Assembly (NCBI GenBank): GCA_964016885.1
Contig: OZ024746.1
Location: 25,730,001-25,794,000, forward strand
DNA: 64,000 bases
Source: Eledone cirrhosa
Taxonomy: Eukaryota
Reading direction: 5' to 3'
Within the stretch, counting starts at the first letter, position 1; each line of letters opens with the position of its first letter. Shown one piece after another: positions 37,901 through 51,960 of the stretch. Below the pieces are notes generated by a model. That model saw nothing but the letters and a program-made list of their open reading frames with translations, ran no database searches and was not told where the DNA came from. Position numbers and translations under genes: made by a program.

Positions 37901-40900
37901 TTGGGCTGACCATCTGTAAAGAAGCTCATTGTTTGTCATCATCATCATCATCATCATTAACATCATCATCCATGTTCTTTTTTTACATGTCTTGGACTGT
38001 GACAACCTGTCCAACTGTTGCCAGCATAGAAAGAAGACATAAAACTATGATGATGACATTGGTGTATATTCCTGACTAAGAAATTTAAAATATTAAAACC
38101 TGGGATAAATAATTATTCATATGATTTTTTTGTATAATGTTTGTGCCAAATTCTATTTTTTATCTTATAAATCACAGCAAAGAAAACACTGTACTGAGGT
38201 CGTCTGTCAAACCAGAAATGGTGTCTGTCATCCCAAATGCTGTTGATTGTACCAGGTTTATTCCAGATCCTTCAAAGCGGGATCCATCAAAGAGTAAGTA
38301 GTAGTTATTATATAACAGTACTTAAATATATCATTTGGTATTGCACTACCAGCTCTTAACCCTTTTGTTACCATATTTCTAATAAAATATACACCAATTT
38401 ACTGTTCTCTCTAATGCTGGTATCATGATAGAATGCACCCAGTATACTTTGTAAAGTGGCTAGTGTTAGGAAGGGCTTCCAACCATAGAAACCATGCCAA
38501 AAAGAGTTAAGAGGACCCCCAGTCATGACATGACAAGCTGTCTAGTGCTGGTGCCACAAAAAATGTTACACATGCCATGTAAGGTGATAGGAAGGGTATC
38601 CAACTAGAAAACTTGCCTAACAAAGGGTAGGGAGAAATTTTCAATTGTGTCAAAGACATGATGATTTGTGATATTTGTTCTAATTCTCTCTACTCTGAGT
38701 TCAAATTTCTCTAATATAACTTTGTCTTTCATCTGGGTCAATGAAATAATGTATCAATCCTAGGTGGTGGGTTGGCTGAATTGTTAAAGTGATGGATGCG
38801 ATGACTTACGGTATTTGTTCTGGGTTCTGAGTTCAAATCTTGCTGTGGCCTATTTGGATGGTAGACATAATTTGTTGCCCATTTTAACACCGCTACCTAG
38901 TTGTTGAGTACTTTTAGTGGAGTTCACTCTGTTGCAATGGATGAATGGTTGAGAAGTTTTCTTTGCAATCATTAGGTCCCAGGTTCGATCCCACTGTATG
39001 ACATCTTGGGCAAGTACCTTTTACCATAGCCGCAGGTCGACCCATGCCTTGTGAGTGAAATTAAGTTGATGGAAACTGTTTGGAAGATTGTCAAATGAAC
39101 TGTACTAGTAATTTAAAGGGCCAACTTTGTCACAAGCTGAATCTCCTTGAGAATTTCGTTAAGGGTACATGTGTCTGTGGAATGCTCAGTCACTTACATA
39201 TTAATTTCATGTGTTGAACAACTGGAACATTCATCATCGAAATTAACAAAGCTCCAATCCATTCCACTGTGTTTCAAGTGTTCTGACCAGGATACCAGCT
39301 TAAGGACACCTACCCATCACTCTCCCTTACCAACTTTCACCAGTTTCGGTGGTCAAGAAAGAGCCTTAAAAACTGTACTTCCCTCCCACACTAAACAGTA
39401 AAAAAATAATTATGAAATTTTGTTGAGCTTAATTCATCTTTTCCTTGATTTCAGTCACCATTGTGGTAATATGCAGATTAGTTTATAGAAAAGGCATGGA
39501 TCTTTTGGCAGGAATTATCCCAAATGTCTGTGATCGGTACCCTAATGTTCAATTTATTATCGGTAAGTAAACAATATTTTCAACATTAAATGTGTCCCTA
39601 GTCTTTATAAATCAGTACTTTCTTTCCTCTAATGTCTGATTTATGGAACTCTCATAATTATCATCATCATCATTATCACTGTTTAACGTCCATTTTTCCA
39701 TGCTGGCATGGGTTAGATGAATTATCCTGTTGTGAGCAATGCCAAGTCAAGTGACTATTTCTTGCCCATACAGAACTGATTTTGGCTTGGTTTCTACAGC
39801 TGGATGCCTCTCCTAGTGCCAACCTCATTTACAGTGAGTGCTGGGTGTTTTTTGTTGTGACGCCTACACAACCACTTTATAGTGTAGACTGACCTACATG
39901 ATCATTTTACAACGTGAGCTAAGCGCTTTTACATCTAGTCTTGGACTTAAACAACCTGCCCAACCCATGCCACCAAAGAATGCAGACTTAAAATGATGAT
40001 GCTGATATAAATTAATTACAAAATTTAAGAGTGTTAACATATTAGTTCCCATGACTAATTGTAGTCAAGGTTAATTATTTTATTCTAACGAATATGTTTT
40101 AATTTTCCAACTAGGGGGTGAAGGTCCGAAGAGAATACTTTTGGAAGAAGTATGTGAAACATCTCAACTCCATGAAAGGATTATCATGTTAGGCTCCCTG
40201 AAACACACCGAAATAAGAGACGTAAGTTGATACTGTGACTAACAAATGTTCTATATACTCTGTACATTGATAACCAAACCAGAACAAAGAGGGTGGGGCA
40301 ATTGACATAGGCCTACGTGGACCTACTCCCTTCAAGTTCTATTCTGTTATCCCTAAGTACATTATGTAACCTATACATACTTAAATTATGTTTTTAGTAC
40401 TCATTACTAAAATGCTTAATTAGCAGTTTGAAATGAGAGCCTAAATTTCACATCTTGCTTGGGCTTATTACCAGCTTTGATGGGATGTCTACATTTTACA
40501 TTTGACCAAGTGGTTAGTGCACTGGATTCACAATTGTGAGGTTGTCAGTTCGATTCCCAGACTGGGCAATGTGTTGTGTTCTTCACATTGCTCCAGTTTA
40601 CTCAGCTGTAGAAATGAGTGGTGATGTCAATGGTGCCAAGCTCTATTAGCCTTTGCCTTTCTCTTGGATAATATCGGTAGCATGGAAAGATGAGACTGGT
40701 ATGCATGGGTGATTGCTGGTCTTTCACAAAAACACCTTGTCCACTTGTGCCTTGGAAGGGAAACTTTCTAGGTCCAAATCCCAAGGTCATTCATAACCAA
40801 AAGGAGTCTTTTTTACTAGCTATAGAGGCCTACATTTTATATCTGACTTAGGTCTCATACCAGCTTTGTTGGTCTACATTTTTCTTTTGGTGTAGGCCTA

Positions 40901-42048
40901 TTTCCAACTTTGGATGAACCTAAAACTACACACATACATACATACACACAACACACACATTCATAGATAACTGCTGTAGCTATTTTTGTGTTTGGTTTAA
41001 ATCCTGCAATGATTTAACAGAAAATATCTAAAAGCAAGTTTGTTAATTCAAATGTTCATACTATCTTTACTAGTGGACAGATTGTTGTGAAAATTTGCAT
41101 TATTAAAATAAAGACATCAACTTTACTGCGCATAATGCGGTTTTTGTAATTTTGAAGAATGTCTTGTAAATGTGGTTTGATGTGGTACAAAATTTTAAGA
41201 GTTAACTTACTGATTACCATCTAAACATTGTAAAAGAAAATATAAATACTTCAAATGAAGTGAAATGAGAAATGTGTAATTTATTGTTTAGGTTCTGGTT
41301 AAAGGTGACATATTATTAAACACTTCCTTAACTGAAGCTTTCTGTATAGCAATGGTTGAGGCAGCATCTTGTGGGTAAGTTTCATTTCATTTCACTCTAG
41401 AAATGTTATCTACAATATTACTTAATGTTAACTCTTAGTTTATTACAATAAAATTTACAATAATTTTAACTCTTTTTTTTTTTTTTTTCCATTTTTAATG
41501 AATCTAAACAAGATCCCAGACCACACTTACTGAGTGGGGTGGAACTTGACCAATTGTACAAGGAAACAGTGTTTCCATTGGTCTTTCCTATTACTGATAT
41601 TGTCTACCGGTTGCAACTCCAAGCCGAACGAACAACATGAAATAAAGCTTAAAGACAATGCATTGCCTGGTCAGGGAATCAAACCCACAACCTCACAATT
41701 GTGAATCCAATTCTCTAACCACTAAGCCACATGTTAACACTTAGTTTATTACAATAAGATTAACTCTTAGTTTCACCATCATTGTCACTGTTTTATGTCT
41801 GCTTTCCATGCTTGCATGTGTTTGACAGGTTGTCACATTCCTAGGCAAGATAGGTTAGGTGACTATGTCTTGTTTATATATTTACAGTAATATATATAAT
41901 TTTGTCAACTCCTAGTTTATTGTAGTAAATACTTACAGTACTATATATATATATAATAATGTTAACTCCTAGTTTATTGTAGTAAATACTTAGTTATATA
42001 TATATATATAATAGTGTTAACTCCTAGTTTATTGCAGTAAATATTTAG

Positions 42049-42106
<58 letters not shown>

Positions 42107-42204
42107 GTGTTAACTCCTAGTTTATTGCAGTAAATATTTAGTTATATATATATATATATATATATAATAGTGTTAACTCCTAGTTTATTGCAGTAAATAT
42201 TTAG

Positions 42205-42254
<50 letters not shown>

Positions 42255-42352
42255 GTGTTAACTCCTAGTTTATTGCAGTAAATATTTAGTTATATATATA
42301 TATATATATATATAATAGTGTTAACTCCTAGTTTATTGCAGTAAATATTTAG

Positions 42353-42386
<34 letters not shown>

Positions 42387-45300
42387 GTGTTAACTCCTAG
42401 TTTATTGCAGTAAATATTTACAGTAATATATATATAATAATGTTATTCATTATTGTTGTAGACTGCAGGTTGTGAGTACCAAAGTTGGAGGAATCCCTGA
42501 AGTTCTCCCTAAGGATCTTATTATTCTGGCTGAACCTAATGTTCAAGGTAAGAAAAGTTTAATCCTTTTGATACCAACCTGACCAAAACCGGCTCTGGTT
42601 CTATGAAACAAAACCACCCATTTTAAAAGTTTCCTATTTAAATTAAAACTTTCCAACATAATTTTATATCAGAACTACCATATATACTTGAATATAAGCC
42701 GAGGAATATGGGACCAAAAATCGATGGAAAAATGGCTTATATATGTCATCTAAACAATGTGTTGATTAACTGTTTCAGCTTATAAATGGGGTTTGGATTT
42801 TTGCCCATTTCTTAGACATAAAATAGGGGTGGTGGAGGGTGGGAGGCAGCTTATATTTGAGTATATATGGTATATGTTATGTTACTATCTTAGTAATGAA
42901 AAAATTAATAATTTTAGTAAATCCCTCAAAATTCTTTGTTAACTTAACTGACATAGAGAGTATTTCATTAGAAATACAGTTGTGAAAGGGTTAAGCAGAA
43001 GCTTTTACTAAGGTTAATACACATTTAGTATTTGACATCTTAAGTAGATTAATATGGCCTTTTGAAGTGCACACATGTTGTTTAGGGCACATATGTGTTT
43101 CAATAATAGGGACTACAGTACTATTGAGTAATTGTTACAGCTCTCGCCTATGTAGGTTTAGCTAGCCTCTCACAAAATTGTATCTCATAGGAGGTTTCTC
43201 GTGTGTTTTAATGATAGGGACCCAAGTCTTATCATGAAAAGCAGCCCCTCTTTGGACTAGATGCCTATCCATTGCAGAGATTAACCCCCTCCCCCACCAG
43301 CTGCTGCTTTTTTTTTCCATCTGAGTAAAGTGGAGCAATATGAGATGAAATGTCTTGCTGAAGAACACAATACGCTGTCAGGACCAAGAATTAAACCTAT
43401 GACCTTATGATTGTGAGTGTAACAACCTAACCACTAGGCCATTTGCTTTCATAATCTAACCTATCAAAAAACTGATTTGTACTTTTTAGATTCTCATGTG
43501 AGCATTTGCTTTTAGCACTTTTGCAGGGTTTGGACAAGGCCATTTCTCTTCATATACAAGGAAAAGTTTGTGATCCATTTGAGAGACATCTACGTATTAA
43601 AGAGATGTATAACTGGCGCTTTGTAGCTCAACGAACAGAGAAGGTCTACAATGATGTTATGTTGATGCCATCTAAAGATATGGCAGAACGATTAAAGAAG
43701 TAGGTGCCATATTAAACCTTAACTCAGAACAACTGTGGTATGGTTAATAACATTATATATTCTGTAGCTCTTTAAATTGTTTTAGCCGTCATGTTTCTAA
43801 TTTAGTAGATGGATGCCCTTCCTAATGCCAACCACATTTACAGTGTGGACTGGGTGCTTTTAATCGTGGCACCAAAACGACCAACTGACAAGTTTAAATG
43901 GTTACTTTTTCATTGTCACCAGCTTTATCACCTTATAAAGTGAACTGGATGCTTTTTGTGTCACCAGCATGACCACCATTCAGGGTTGACTGGCCACTTT
44001 TTGTTGTGTCACCAACATGGCCACTTTACAGGATGGGCTGGGTACTTTTTGATATATATATATATATATATAAACAAATAGTTAATAATATCTAATTCAT
44101 TACAGGTGTTTTTCCATAACTAAATAGTTATTCATATATCTAATACATTATCATTATTTTTCTCCAGGTATTATCAGACAGGAAGACTGGTTGGTAAACT
44201 ACTTGTCATAGTAACCATCATTGATATTATATTTCTGTCTTACCTGAGATGGATCTATCCAGATGAAGTAAGTGTTTCCTTTCAAAACAAATTGTTATTA
44301 TTATCATCTGGTTTAATGTCTTCTTTACTTGTCACAAGCATTGGATGTTTTGATAGCCTCTTTCATAGTGTCTCTCCAGAGTGTTCATTTCAGGGATCGG
44401 TTTTAGTCCAGGTTCCAGGCAATTTCTGATTACCTCTTTCTGGGTCTCACATGGGTGCCCCCTTCCCCGTTTACCAAGGGTCACAACTTGGTACATCGAT
44501 GTATCACCCCACCACTATGGTTCACATGTCCAAACCAATGCAGTCTGTGGGATCTTACAATATTAAACAATTTTTTTAAAAACTAGTAAAACAACAATTA
44601 TAATTATTGTATTATTGATGCCATCACCACCACCAACAGCAACAACAACACCAATTCCCATACTGTACTGGCAAGAGTTGGACATTTTATCACAGTCCAT
44701 ATATATATATATATTGAAGGAAGACGTAGTAGAGGAAGACCACGAAAAACATGGGTGGAGGTGGTGAGAGCAGACCTCCGATCGCTGAAGCTCACGGTGG
44801 AGATGACGAAGGACCGTGACAAGTGGAGAGATGCTGTGCTGAATAGGACCCGTTCCACCCTTGCATGCAGGGAAAAGCGGACGTAAAATGATGATGATGA
44901 TATATATATATATATATATATATATTGTTATACTTTGGGAGGGTCATGTTGGGAATAAGAAACACACGCACCAGTTGCTTTCACTTCAATTTATTATATA
45001 TTTATAAATTTATAAATTTACAAATCTACAAACTTATAAATTTCTGGTTGGTTGGTTCCACAACCAGATAGTTGTTTATATATAGTCATAGTCCTTTCGT
45101 CACACACTCTGTGACCTCTTCAGTGACTGGGGATTCCTTTCTTTGTTTCCGTGCCTTTCCTTTCTTCTATCCTACGCCATTTTGTTTTGAAACAAAATGG
45201 CGTAGGATAGAAGAAAGGAAAGGCACGGAAACAAAGAAAGGAATCCCCAGTCACTGAAGAGGTCACAGAGTGTGTGACGAAAGGACTATGACTATATATA

Positions 45301-45511
45301 AACAACTATCTGGTTGTGGAACCAACCAACCAACCAGAAATTTATAAGTTTGTAGATTTGTAAATTTATAAATTTATAAATATATAATAAATTGAAGTGA
45401 AAGCAACTGGTGCGTGTGTTTCTTATTGGCAACATGACCCTCCCAAAGTATAACAATATCGGTTTCAACACACGATTTCAGATAAAGAATCTTGCTAAAC
45501 AAATTCAGAAA

Positions 45512-45557
<46 letters not shown>

Positions 45558-45694
45558 TGAGGGGGAAATAGAAAGGGGGCATCAAGTTAATGATGTTTAA
45601 TTGTTAATAGTTCTTTTGATAATTTTGGTTCAAAATTTAATTTCAGAACATTGAAGTTGTTCCAGATTTTGATAAACAAAAGCAAGCAACATAG
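31906..45694 (+). CDS. PIGA: Phosphatidylinositol N-acetylglucosaminyltransferase subunit A (434 aa)
   Basis: Exons 31906-31922, 34819-34975 ([24 protein letters not shown]), 36138-36260, 36935-37110 ([12 protein letters not shown]), 38178-38293 (KENTVLR..VIPNAVD), 39455-39562 (RLVYRKG), 40115-40221 (GGEGPKR), 41292-41374 ([15 protein letters not shown]), 42462-42547 (VGGIPEVLP), 43516-43699, 44168-44267 (TM segment), 45647-45694 (TAG). All GT-AG; total 1305 nt. Confidence 0.97.
32604..33200 (+). mobile_element. 3' fragment of the same CRE element (internally deleted)
   Basis: [30 protein letters not shown] and the 3' UTR match the reverse complement of 15540-16185. Confidence 0.85.
33470..34778 (+). 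mobile_element. CR1-clade LINE 3' fragment with (ATT)n tail
   Basis: [61 protein letters not shown]. Duplicated 3' UTR segment. Confidence 0.9.
35208..35418 (+). mobile_element. tRNA-derived SINE with Nin/Deu-like central domain (representative)
   Basis: B-box gagttcaaatccc, then tttgcctctcatccttacggggtcaataaaataaagtaccag. Relatives at about 1067, 13600, 25620, 34980 (-), 45790 (-) and 52560. Confidence 0.75.
36490..36735 (+). repeat. Three degenerate tandem units with CTGAAGA HHR-like cores
   Basis: ctgaaga..ccagagggtacaac..ctataacaaccaagatgaggacactag recurs at about 36493, 36564 and 36667. Confidence 0.55.
41895..42445. repeat. Minisatellite with a constant ~39-bp block and variable (TA)n spacer
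   Basis: atagtgttaactcctagtttattgcagtaaatatttagt(ta)n repeated about 9 times. Confidence 0.9.
42559..42994. mobile_element. piggyBac-like MITE (TTAA-flanked) with nested pogo-like MITE
   Basis: TTAA-tccttt ... aaaggg-TTAA; nested TIR element at 42676-42872. Relatives at about 1687, 46210-46510, 46569-46956 and 54496-55072. Confidence 0.7.
44922..45514. mobile_element. Near-perfect 538-bp palindrome (fold-back pLTR) with HHR and tail
   Basis: 44922-45187 is the reverse complement of 45190-45459 (two substitutions, one 4-nt indel seen). Tail to 45514; (TA)n flanks. Confidence 0.85.
45249..45293 (+). ncRNA. Minimal type I hammerhead ribozyme (mirror copy on - strand in the left arm)
   Basis: agtca CTGAAGA g gtcaca gagtg tgtgac GAAA g ga c TA tgact. 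Confidence 0.72.
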
Positions 45695-47149
45695 ATTATA
45701 TTTCAGATAAAGGTAATCTATCATATATATATATAACACTTTTTATTATTTGTATTTCTGGTTTTGCTTCTGTCTCTCTTTCAAATGGAAAAATTACCCC
45801 AGTGCATTACTGGTACTTTATTTTATCGACCCCGTAAGGATGAAAGGAAAGGATCATAACTCTATGCTGTGAACCATGGTGTCTGATGCTCTACCAATAT
45901 TGCCAATCCATAATAAAAATAATAATAATAATAATTTAAAGTTTTTAATGTTTTTTTGGAATAAATTTTAAATAAATGCCTAATATATTTTTTCTTTCTT
46001 TTGTAGAGATTTTAGAAGGTGGAGCCTCTACGTGGCCATTTAATTTGCTAGAAATAGCAACTAAATTCCATGAAATAATTATTATCTTAAATAGGAATGA
46101 ATGTGGTCATGTCTGCTTAATATTGGGTGCACTAGGGCTAAACAACAAATATTCTTTTACTGAGTTGTATTAAGAATGTTTTACTAACTTCATTGTAATA
46201 CCCACATGTTTAATCCTTTTGTTACCATATTTCTAAAGAAATACACTGTCATTTTGAAAATAATTGAGAATTTAGTAAATATTGTGAAGGTTTTTATTGT
46301 TAAGCTGATGTTTCGAACATAATTTAACAAAGGTTCTTACATATAATTATGATGGAAGGTTTTTATAGATGAATATAAATACTTTTAAAGCAAACATCTG
46401 CCCACAGAAATGGAGGAACACTGGACACCTACTGCGAACGCACCATCAACTTTCCCTATGAACAAATTGCAAATAAACAATTGGAGGCATTTTGGTATGA
46501 AAAGGGTTAACAGGAAATGGGTTGAAGTTACATTTGAGTTAGAATTTCTCTTAACTGTTGAAATTGATTTAATCCTTTTGATACCAACCTGGATGAAACT
46601 GCCCCTAGTTCTATGACACTAAACTGTTTGTTTTAAAGTATTTATCATCATCATCGTTTTTGTGTTCACCTTTCCATGCTGGCATGGGTTGGACAGGACG
46701 TTCTGTGATAATGTCTTACAGCTGGAGGCCCTTCCTGATGCCAACCCTTTTAGTTGTCTCTTATGACACAGTATCTAAAATCCTTCCATCATAAGTTTAT
46801 ATAAGAACCTTTGTTAAGTTATGTTGCAAATACCAGCTTAATAATGAGAAAGTTTAATTATATGGCTAAATCCTTCCAAATTCTTGATTATTTTCAAAAT
46901 TATTTGAAAACTATAGGCAGTGTATTTTATTAGAAATATGGTAATGAACGGGTTAAAGTATTTATATTTATCAAAAACCTTTCCATTATAATTTAACGTA
47001 AGAACCTTTGTTATATTCCAAATACCAACTTAATAGTTTGAAAATAACAGACTGTTTTTCAATAGAAATATGGTAATGAAAGGGTTGAGTATTGTTGAAA
47101 ATAAGATTATTATATTGTTGAAGATTGTTTTACTATTTTACTGGTAAGT

Positions 47150-47700
47150 GAGTTGTGGCCATTCTGGGGCACTATTATTCCTATTAATGAGAAATCCAGC
47201 TTTGGAGGCCTTCCATGTGGACTGTGGTCAGAGGCAGATAAATCCTGCATGGGACCCTTGGCTGAAATTTTCATCAGGGGCTAGATATATTATTTATGAT
47301 TGCAAAAAATAATTTGGATCCCTTTAAATAATGTGGGCTTGTTGGTTACTCTCCAATCAGGCCCCCTTTCCCTAATATGTCACTGTCTATAGCCATACTA
47401 GGGCACTGCCATTCCCAATGAGGGTGTCTTACCATGTGGACTGCAGCCATACTGGAGCATTGCCATTCCTAATGATGAGGAGTGAAACTCTGGTGTTCTA
47501 CCCTATGGACTGTGGCTATACTGGGGCTCTGACATTTCCAGTGAAAGTGTTCTACCATATGAATTGTGGCCGTATTGAGGCCCTGTCATTCCCAATAAGG
47601 GTGTCTTACCATGTGAATTGCGGCCATACTCGGGCACTGCCATGATGTCCTACTATGTGAACTATGGCCATACTTGAGTACTGACTGCCCTTCCATGTGA
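47150..47700. repeat. Degenerate ~45-bp minisatellite related to a SINE segment
   Basis: Repeated accatgtggactgtggccatactggggcactgcc, similar to gactgtggccatgctgggg in dispersed repeats at about 14128, 15062 and 47909. Confidence 0.7.
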
Positions 47701-49892
47701 GTGATAGGAATGCCCAATTATTTAACAACTCCTGGAATATGTTGAAGTATTCCAGAACTGAAATAAAACCTTCCTTAAAAGTTATTTTATGTTTAGACAG
47801 AAGACAATATTTTGTTCAGAAATGGCTTTTATAAAACAAATATTAATCTCTGAAAATAAAGGTTTATTTATTTATTCTTTCATTTCTTTTTACTGGTTTC
47901 AGTCATTAGACTGGTCATGCTAGGGCACCATCTTGAAGAGAGTTTAGACAATCATATTGATTCTAGAAATTTTTTTTTTTTCAAGTTTGGTATATATTTT
48001 AACAATCTCTTTTTTCAAACTGGTTAAATTATTTGACATAAACACAAATACAGGCATCGATATATATATATATATATATACATACACACACACACAGATA
48101 TATATAATAAAAGACTGAAAAAAAAAAAAATGATACAATATGGCTGAAAAATACAAAAGGCAAATGATGACAAATAAAACAGAACTAAGTAATGTTTTAC
48201 CCAATGATATTTCAGGACTATACCCGCTTTTCAAATGTGGAGCTGAAACAGTTCAAAACAAAACAAATGATTGATGTATTCTTCCCTAACTGGCCAACAT
48301 GTCTAATACACATGCTGTGTTAAAAATACTACTTTTCTTCTACTTTTAAAATAAATGAAGATGTCAGCTATATATATATATATGTATATATATATAAGAC
48401 CCACCTTCCCATGTGCACGAGTTGAAGCATAATCTTGTATGCACTACCTTCCCCACTTCCTTCCATACACCTCCACGTCCCTACACTCTGCCATTTTCCA
48501 GATCAGTGCCTCACTCAAAATCTACCTCACCAATCTCCATGTACCTTCCCTACCCCGGCTAACAGTCCACATGGTAAAGTGATTGTTTTTGTGCCACGAC
48601 AAAAAAGTGCCCAGTTCACACTGTAAGATGGTTGTGTAGGGGCCACGACAAAAAGCACCCAGTCCACACTGTAAATGTGGTTGGCATTAGGAAGAAACAG
48701 TTCTGTATGAGCAAGACAGTCATATGATCTGGTTTGTCTCACAGCAGGACAACTCGTCTAACCCATGATAGCATGGAAAAACGGACGTTAAATGGCAAGG
48801 ATTATATATATATGTAATCAATGTGGTTCATTCTGTCATTACAACAGCAGAGGTCCGACAAGCTTTTGATTTCGATCGATGCAGATCGAATCTTGAGCTG
48901 ATCAATGGCGAAACGCACATCACCAATCAATAAACGTAATGACGGCTTAACAAATCATCCTTGTATATATATATATATATAGTAATAATAATAAATGTGA
49001 AGACTAAAATCCAAAGAGGGCTCGATAAGGATAAATATATATCAAATATATAAGAACCCTAGAGCAAATATTAAAATAACAGATTAAAGTTTAAGCAAAG
49101 AATCGCTGCTTTCACCCTTAACGGGATCTTCTGATATATATTAAAGTGTGCATTAAACTATATGTACAGATATAGTTGTAACATACAATGATCATTTAAC
49201 GTCCATTTTCCCCGCTAGCAAGGGGTGGGCAGGTCATCATATATATATATTAAAACATGCACTAAGCTCTATATAGATATGTATTTAACATATATATGTA
49301 TATTAAATTGTGTACAGATATGTTCATGATATTTACAGACAAGGTTCATTTATGACTAAATATCAGGATAAACATTAAGAAGTTACGTTGATTTGCTAAT
49401 CAAGAAAAACGCACCACAAAACAAAAGACAAGATGGAGTAGATGTTTAAGACCAGAAAGAATAAGAGGCACAAAAGAGAACAAATAGTCATCGAGAAAGT
49501 CACAGAATGTCTGACAAAAAAACTTTGAGAAACTAATGAATAACGAGCAATAAAGATAAAGTGAAAATCATAGTGGGCATGTTTCTTTTTGGCAATACGA
49601 GCAATATGGCTATTCCCAAATATTTAGAAGTTATTTCCCTTCTAACGTCTCCCTTTAAACAAATAGAGTTATTTCCCTTAGTTTGAAAGTCTTTTTTTCT
49701 TTCTTTTCTTTTACTGGTCTCAGTCATTAGAGTATTTACATGTAACACCGTTTTAAAGATATTTAGTAGATTATATCGATCCCAGTACTTATAAGTTTGG
49801 TACTTATTTTATCGATCTCTTTTCGTTGATTTGCTAAGCTATATAAATAATCAGTAAGCGTACACAGAGATGGACGCATACACACACATATA

Positions 49893-50283
49893 TACTCTTG
49901 GGTCTCGAACAAGGCCCCCCCCCCCCTCCATTAATCTTTCAGATTTTTCCACCATCCCCTCTCTAATTCCAACCCTCCGCTTATTAAATTATGCTGATCT
50001 ATCTCCGGCAAAATTATATTTTAAGTGGTAACATTCCTGCGACAATTAAATTTCTTTATACATTAAAAAAATATTATACATGACAGAAAAGTACATTATT
50101 AGAAATCTCATACGTTATTTAAAAAAAAAAAGGGATGTGTTGGGGTCTTAATATGTAAACTAAACGACTAATTCTGGGTTTAAAAAAAAATCAACGTAGA
50201 TAATCTAGAAAAATTACCGATCCCTCATTTATTCCAACTGCCCCGCTTACCCCCCCCCCCCTAGTATTTGGGACCCGAGAGTA
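49893..50283. mobile_element. Tc1/mariner-type MITE
   Basis: TA-ctcttgggtctcgaa ... tttgggacccgagag-TA imperfect TIRs. Confidence 0.6.
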
Positions 50284-50810
50284 TATATATATTGTGTGTG
50301 TGTGTGTATGTGTATACGATAGGCTTCCACACAATTTCCATCTTCCAAATTTCACTCAAAAGCCATTGGTAAAATCAAGTTTATAGTTGATAAATCATTT
50401 ATTTTAGAATATTTATCATCATCATTATTTTGCGTCCACTTTATCAGGCATTGGCTGAACAGGTTTTTTCCAACAAAGTATCCCTCCATACATTGTGTTC
50501 TTTCTGCGTTTCATCTCTCAACTTCAGTGTTTTGAGATCAGCTTACACCACATCTGCCCGTTATTCTCTGGTCAACTTCCTCACACTGGTAACTCTTGGC
50601 ACTTCTTTACCCAACAATCATTATCTATATGCGTTACATGTTGATACCAGCACAGTATTGTCTTCTACACACTACACAGGATTCCTCTTATACCCAATTT
50701 TTCTCTTACTACTATTTAAAATCCTTCCATCATATCTTTATGTAAGAAACTTTTTAAAGTTATATTTCAAACACGAACTTAATAATGAGGAAGTTAGTTG
50801 TTATAATGGT

Positions 50811-51960
50811 GTGCAATGGGTGTGAAGGATGATCTTTTTAACTGGTTGAAGTCCTTCATTCTCAGTCGAAGAGAGGTAGTCACGGTTCTGGGACAGCATT
50901 CCTCACCATATGAGATGTCATCTGGTGTACCACAGGGATCTGTTCTTGGCCTCCTTTTGTTTGTGGCATATATTAATGACATAGATGCCAACTTAAAGAA
51001 TGCCACAGTACTAAAGTACGCAGATGACATCAAGCTGTACCTTGAGATAAAAAGGACAGATCCTGAATACTATAGATCTTGCTTGCAGTCTGACTTGGAC
51101 ACAATGCAACAATGGATCTCAGACTGGCAACTCAAGCTAGCTGTGGACAAGTGCACCACCATGCATTTTGGGAGTAAAAACCCAGCGTCCACATACTCCT
51201 TCCACAGCACTAATATCAAGAAGTCTTCTTGTGAACGTGACCTGGGCATTACGGTCAGCAGCGATTTGCGTTGGATGAAGCACATCTCTAAAATTGTCAA
51301 GAGGGCTGAGGGTGTCTTAGCATCACTCAGCAAGACCTTTGTCAGCCGCTCTCTATTAAAGGCTGTACATGGCTATGGTGCGGCCACACTTAGAATTTGC
51401 ATCACCAGTCTGGAACCCCTATCTTGCTCAGAACATTGACCGCCTGGAAACTGTTCAGAGACGTGCAACCAAGTGAATACCCTCCATCAGGCATCTACCA
51501 TACTCTGAGCGCCTGCTTCCCTGGGCATGGATACATTGAAGCTCCGACGCCTGGCAACTGACTTGGTAAACACCCACAAAATTGTTAACCATCTTGCCAA
51601 CAACAACCCTGAGTACCTTTTTGATTTCAATGTGTCTAACGCAAGTGGGCATGCCCACAAAGTCAGAAAACAGTACAGTTCCCATGACTTTCGGAAACAT
51701 TTTTTCACGCTCAGAGTTGCTGAAGCATGGAACAAACTCCCTGCATCGGTTGTTAGCTGTCGAGACACTGCATCCTTTAAGGCCTCCATGCTTCCCGAGA
51801 TTCGCCAACACTACACCTAATGTTCCCCCTCCATACACATACACACATGTATACCATGACTCACTTCCCTGACATTTGTATATTATTCTATGTACTATAC
51901 ATGCACCTTTGACGAGTTGTAGTGCACCTGAGCACTTTACACAATAATTTCATTATATTA
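50811..51960 (+). mobile_element. CR1-clade LINE 3' fragment (same family as 33470-34778)
   Basis: Colinear with the 33.5 kb copy ([27 protein letters not shown]). Frameshifted; ATT-rich tail. Confidence 0.9.

Noticed and set aside
41895-42445. CRISPR-like repeat-spacer pattern
   Set aside because: Spacers are only (TA)n, there are no cas genes, and the context is a eukaryotic intron.
45072-45305. Two nearly identical 61-aa ORFs on opposite strands
   Set aside because: A trivial consequence of the palindrome; no protein similarity recognised.
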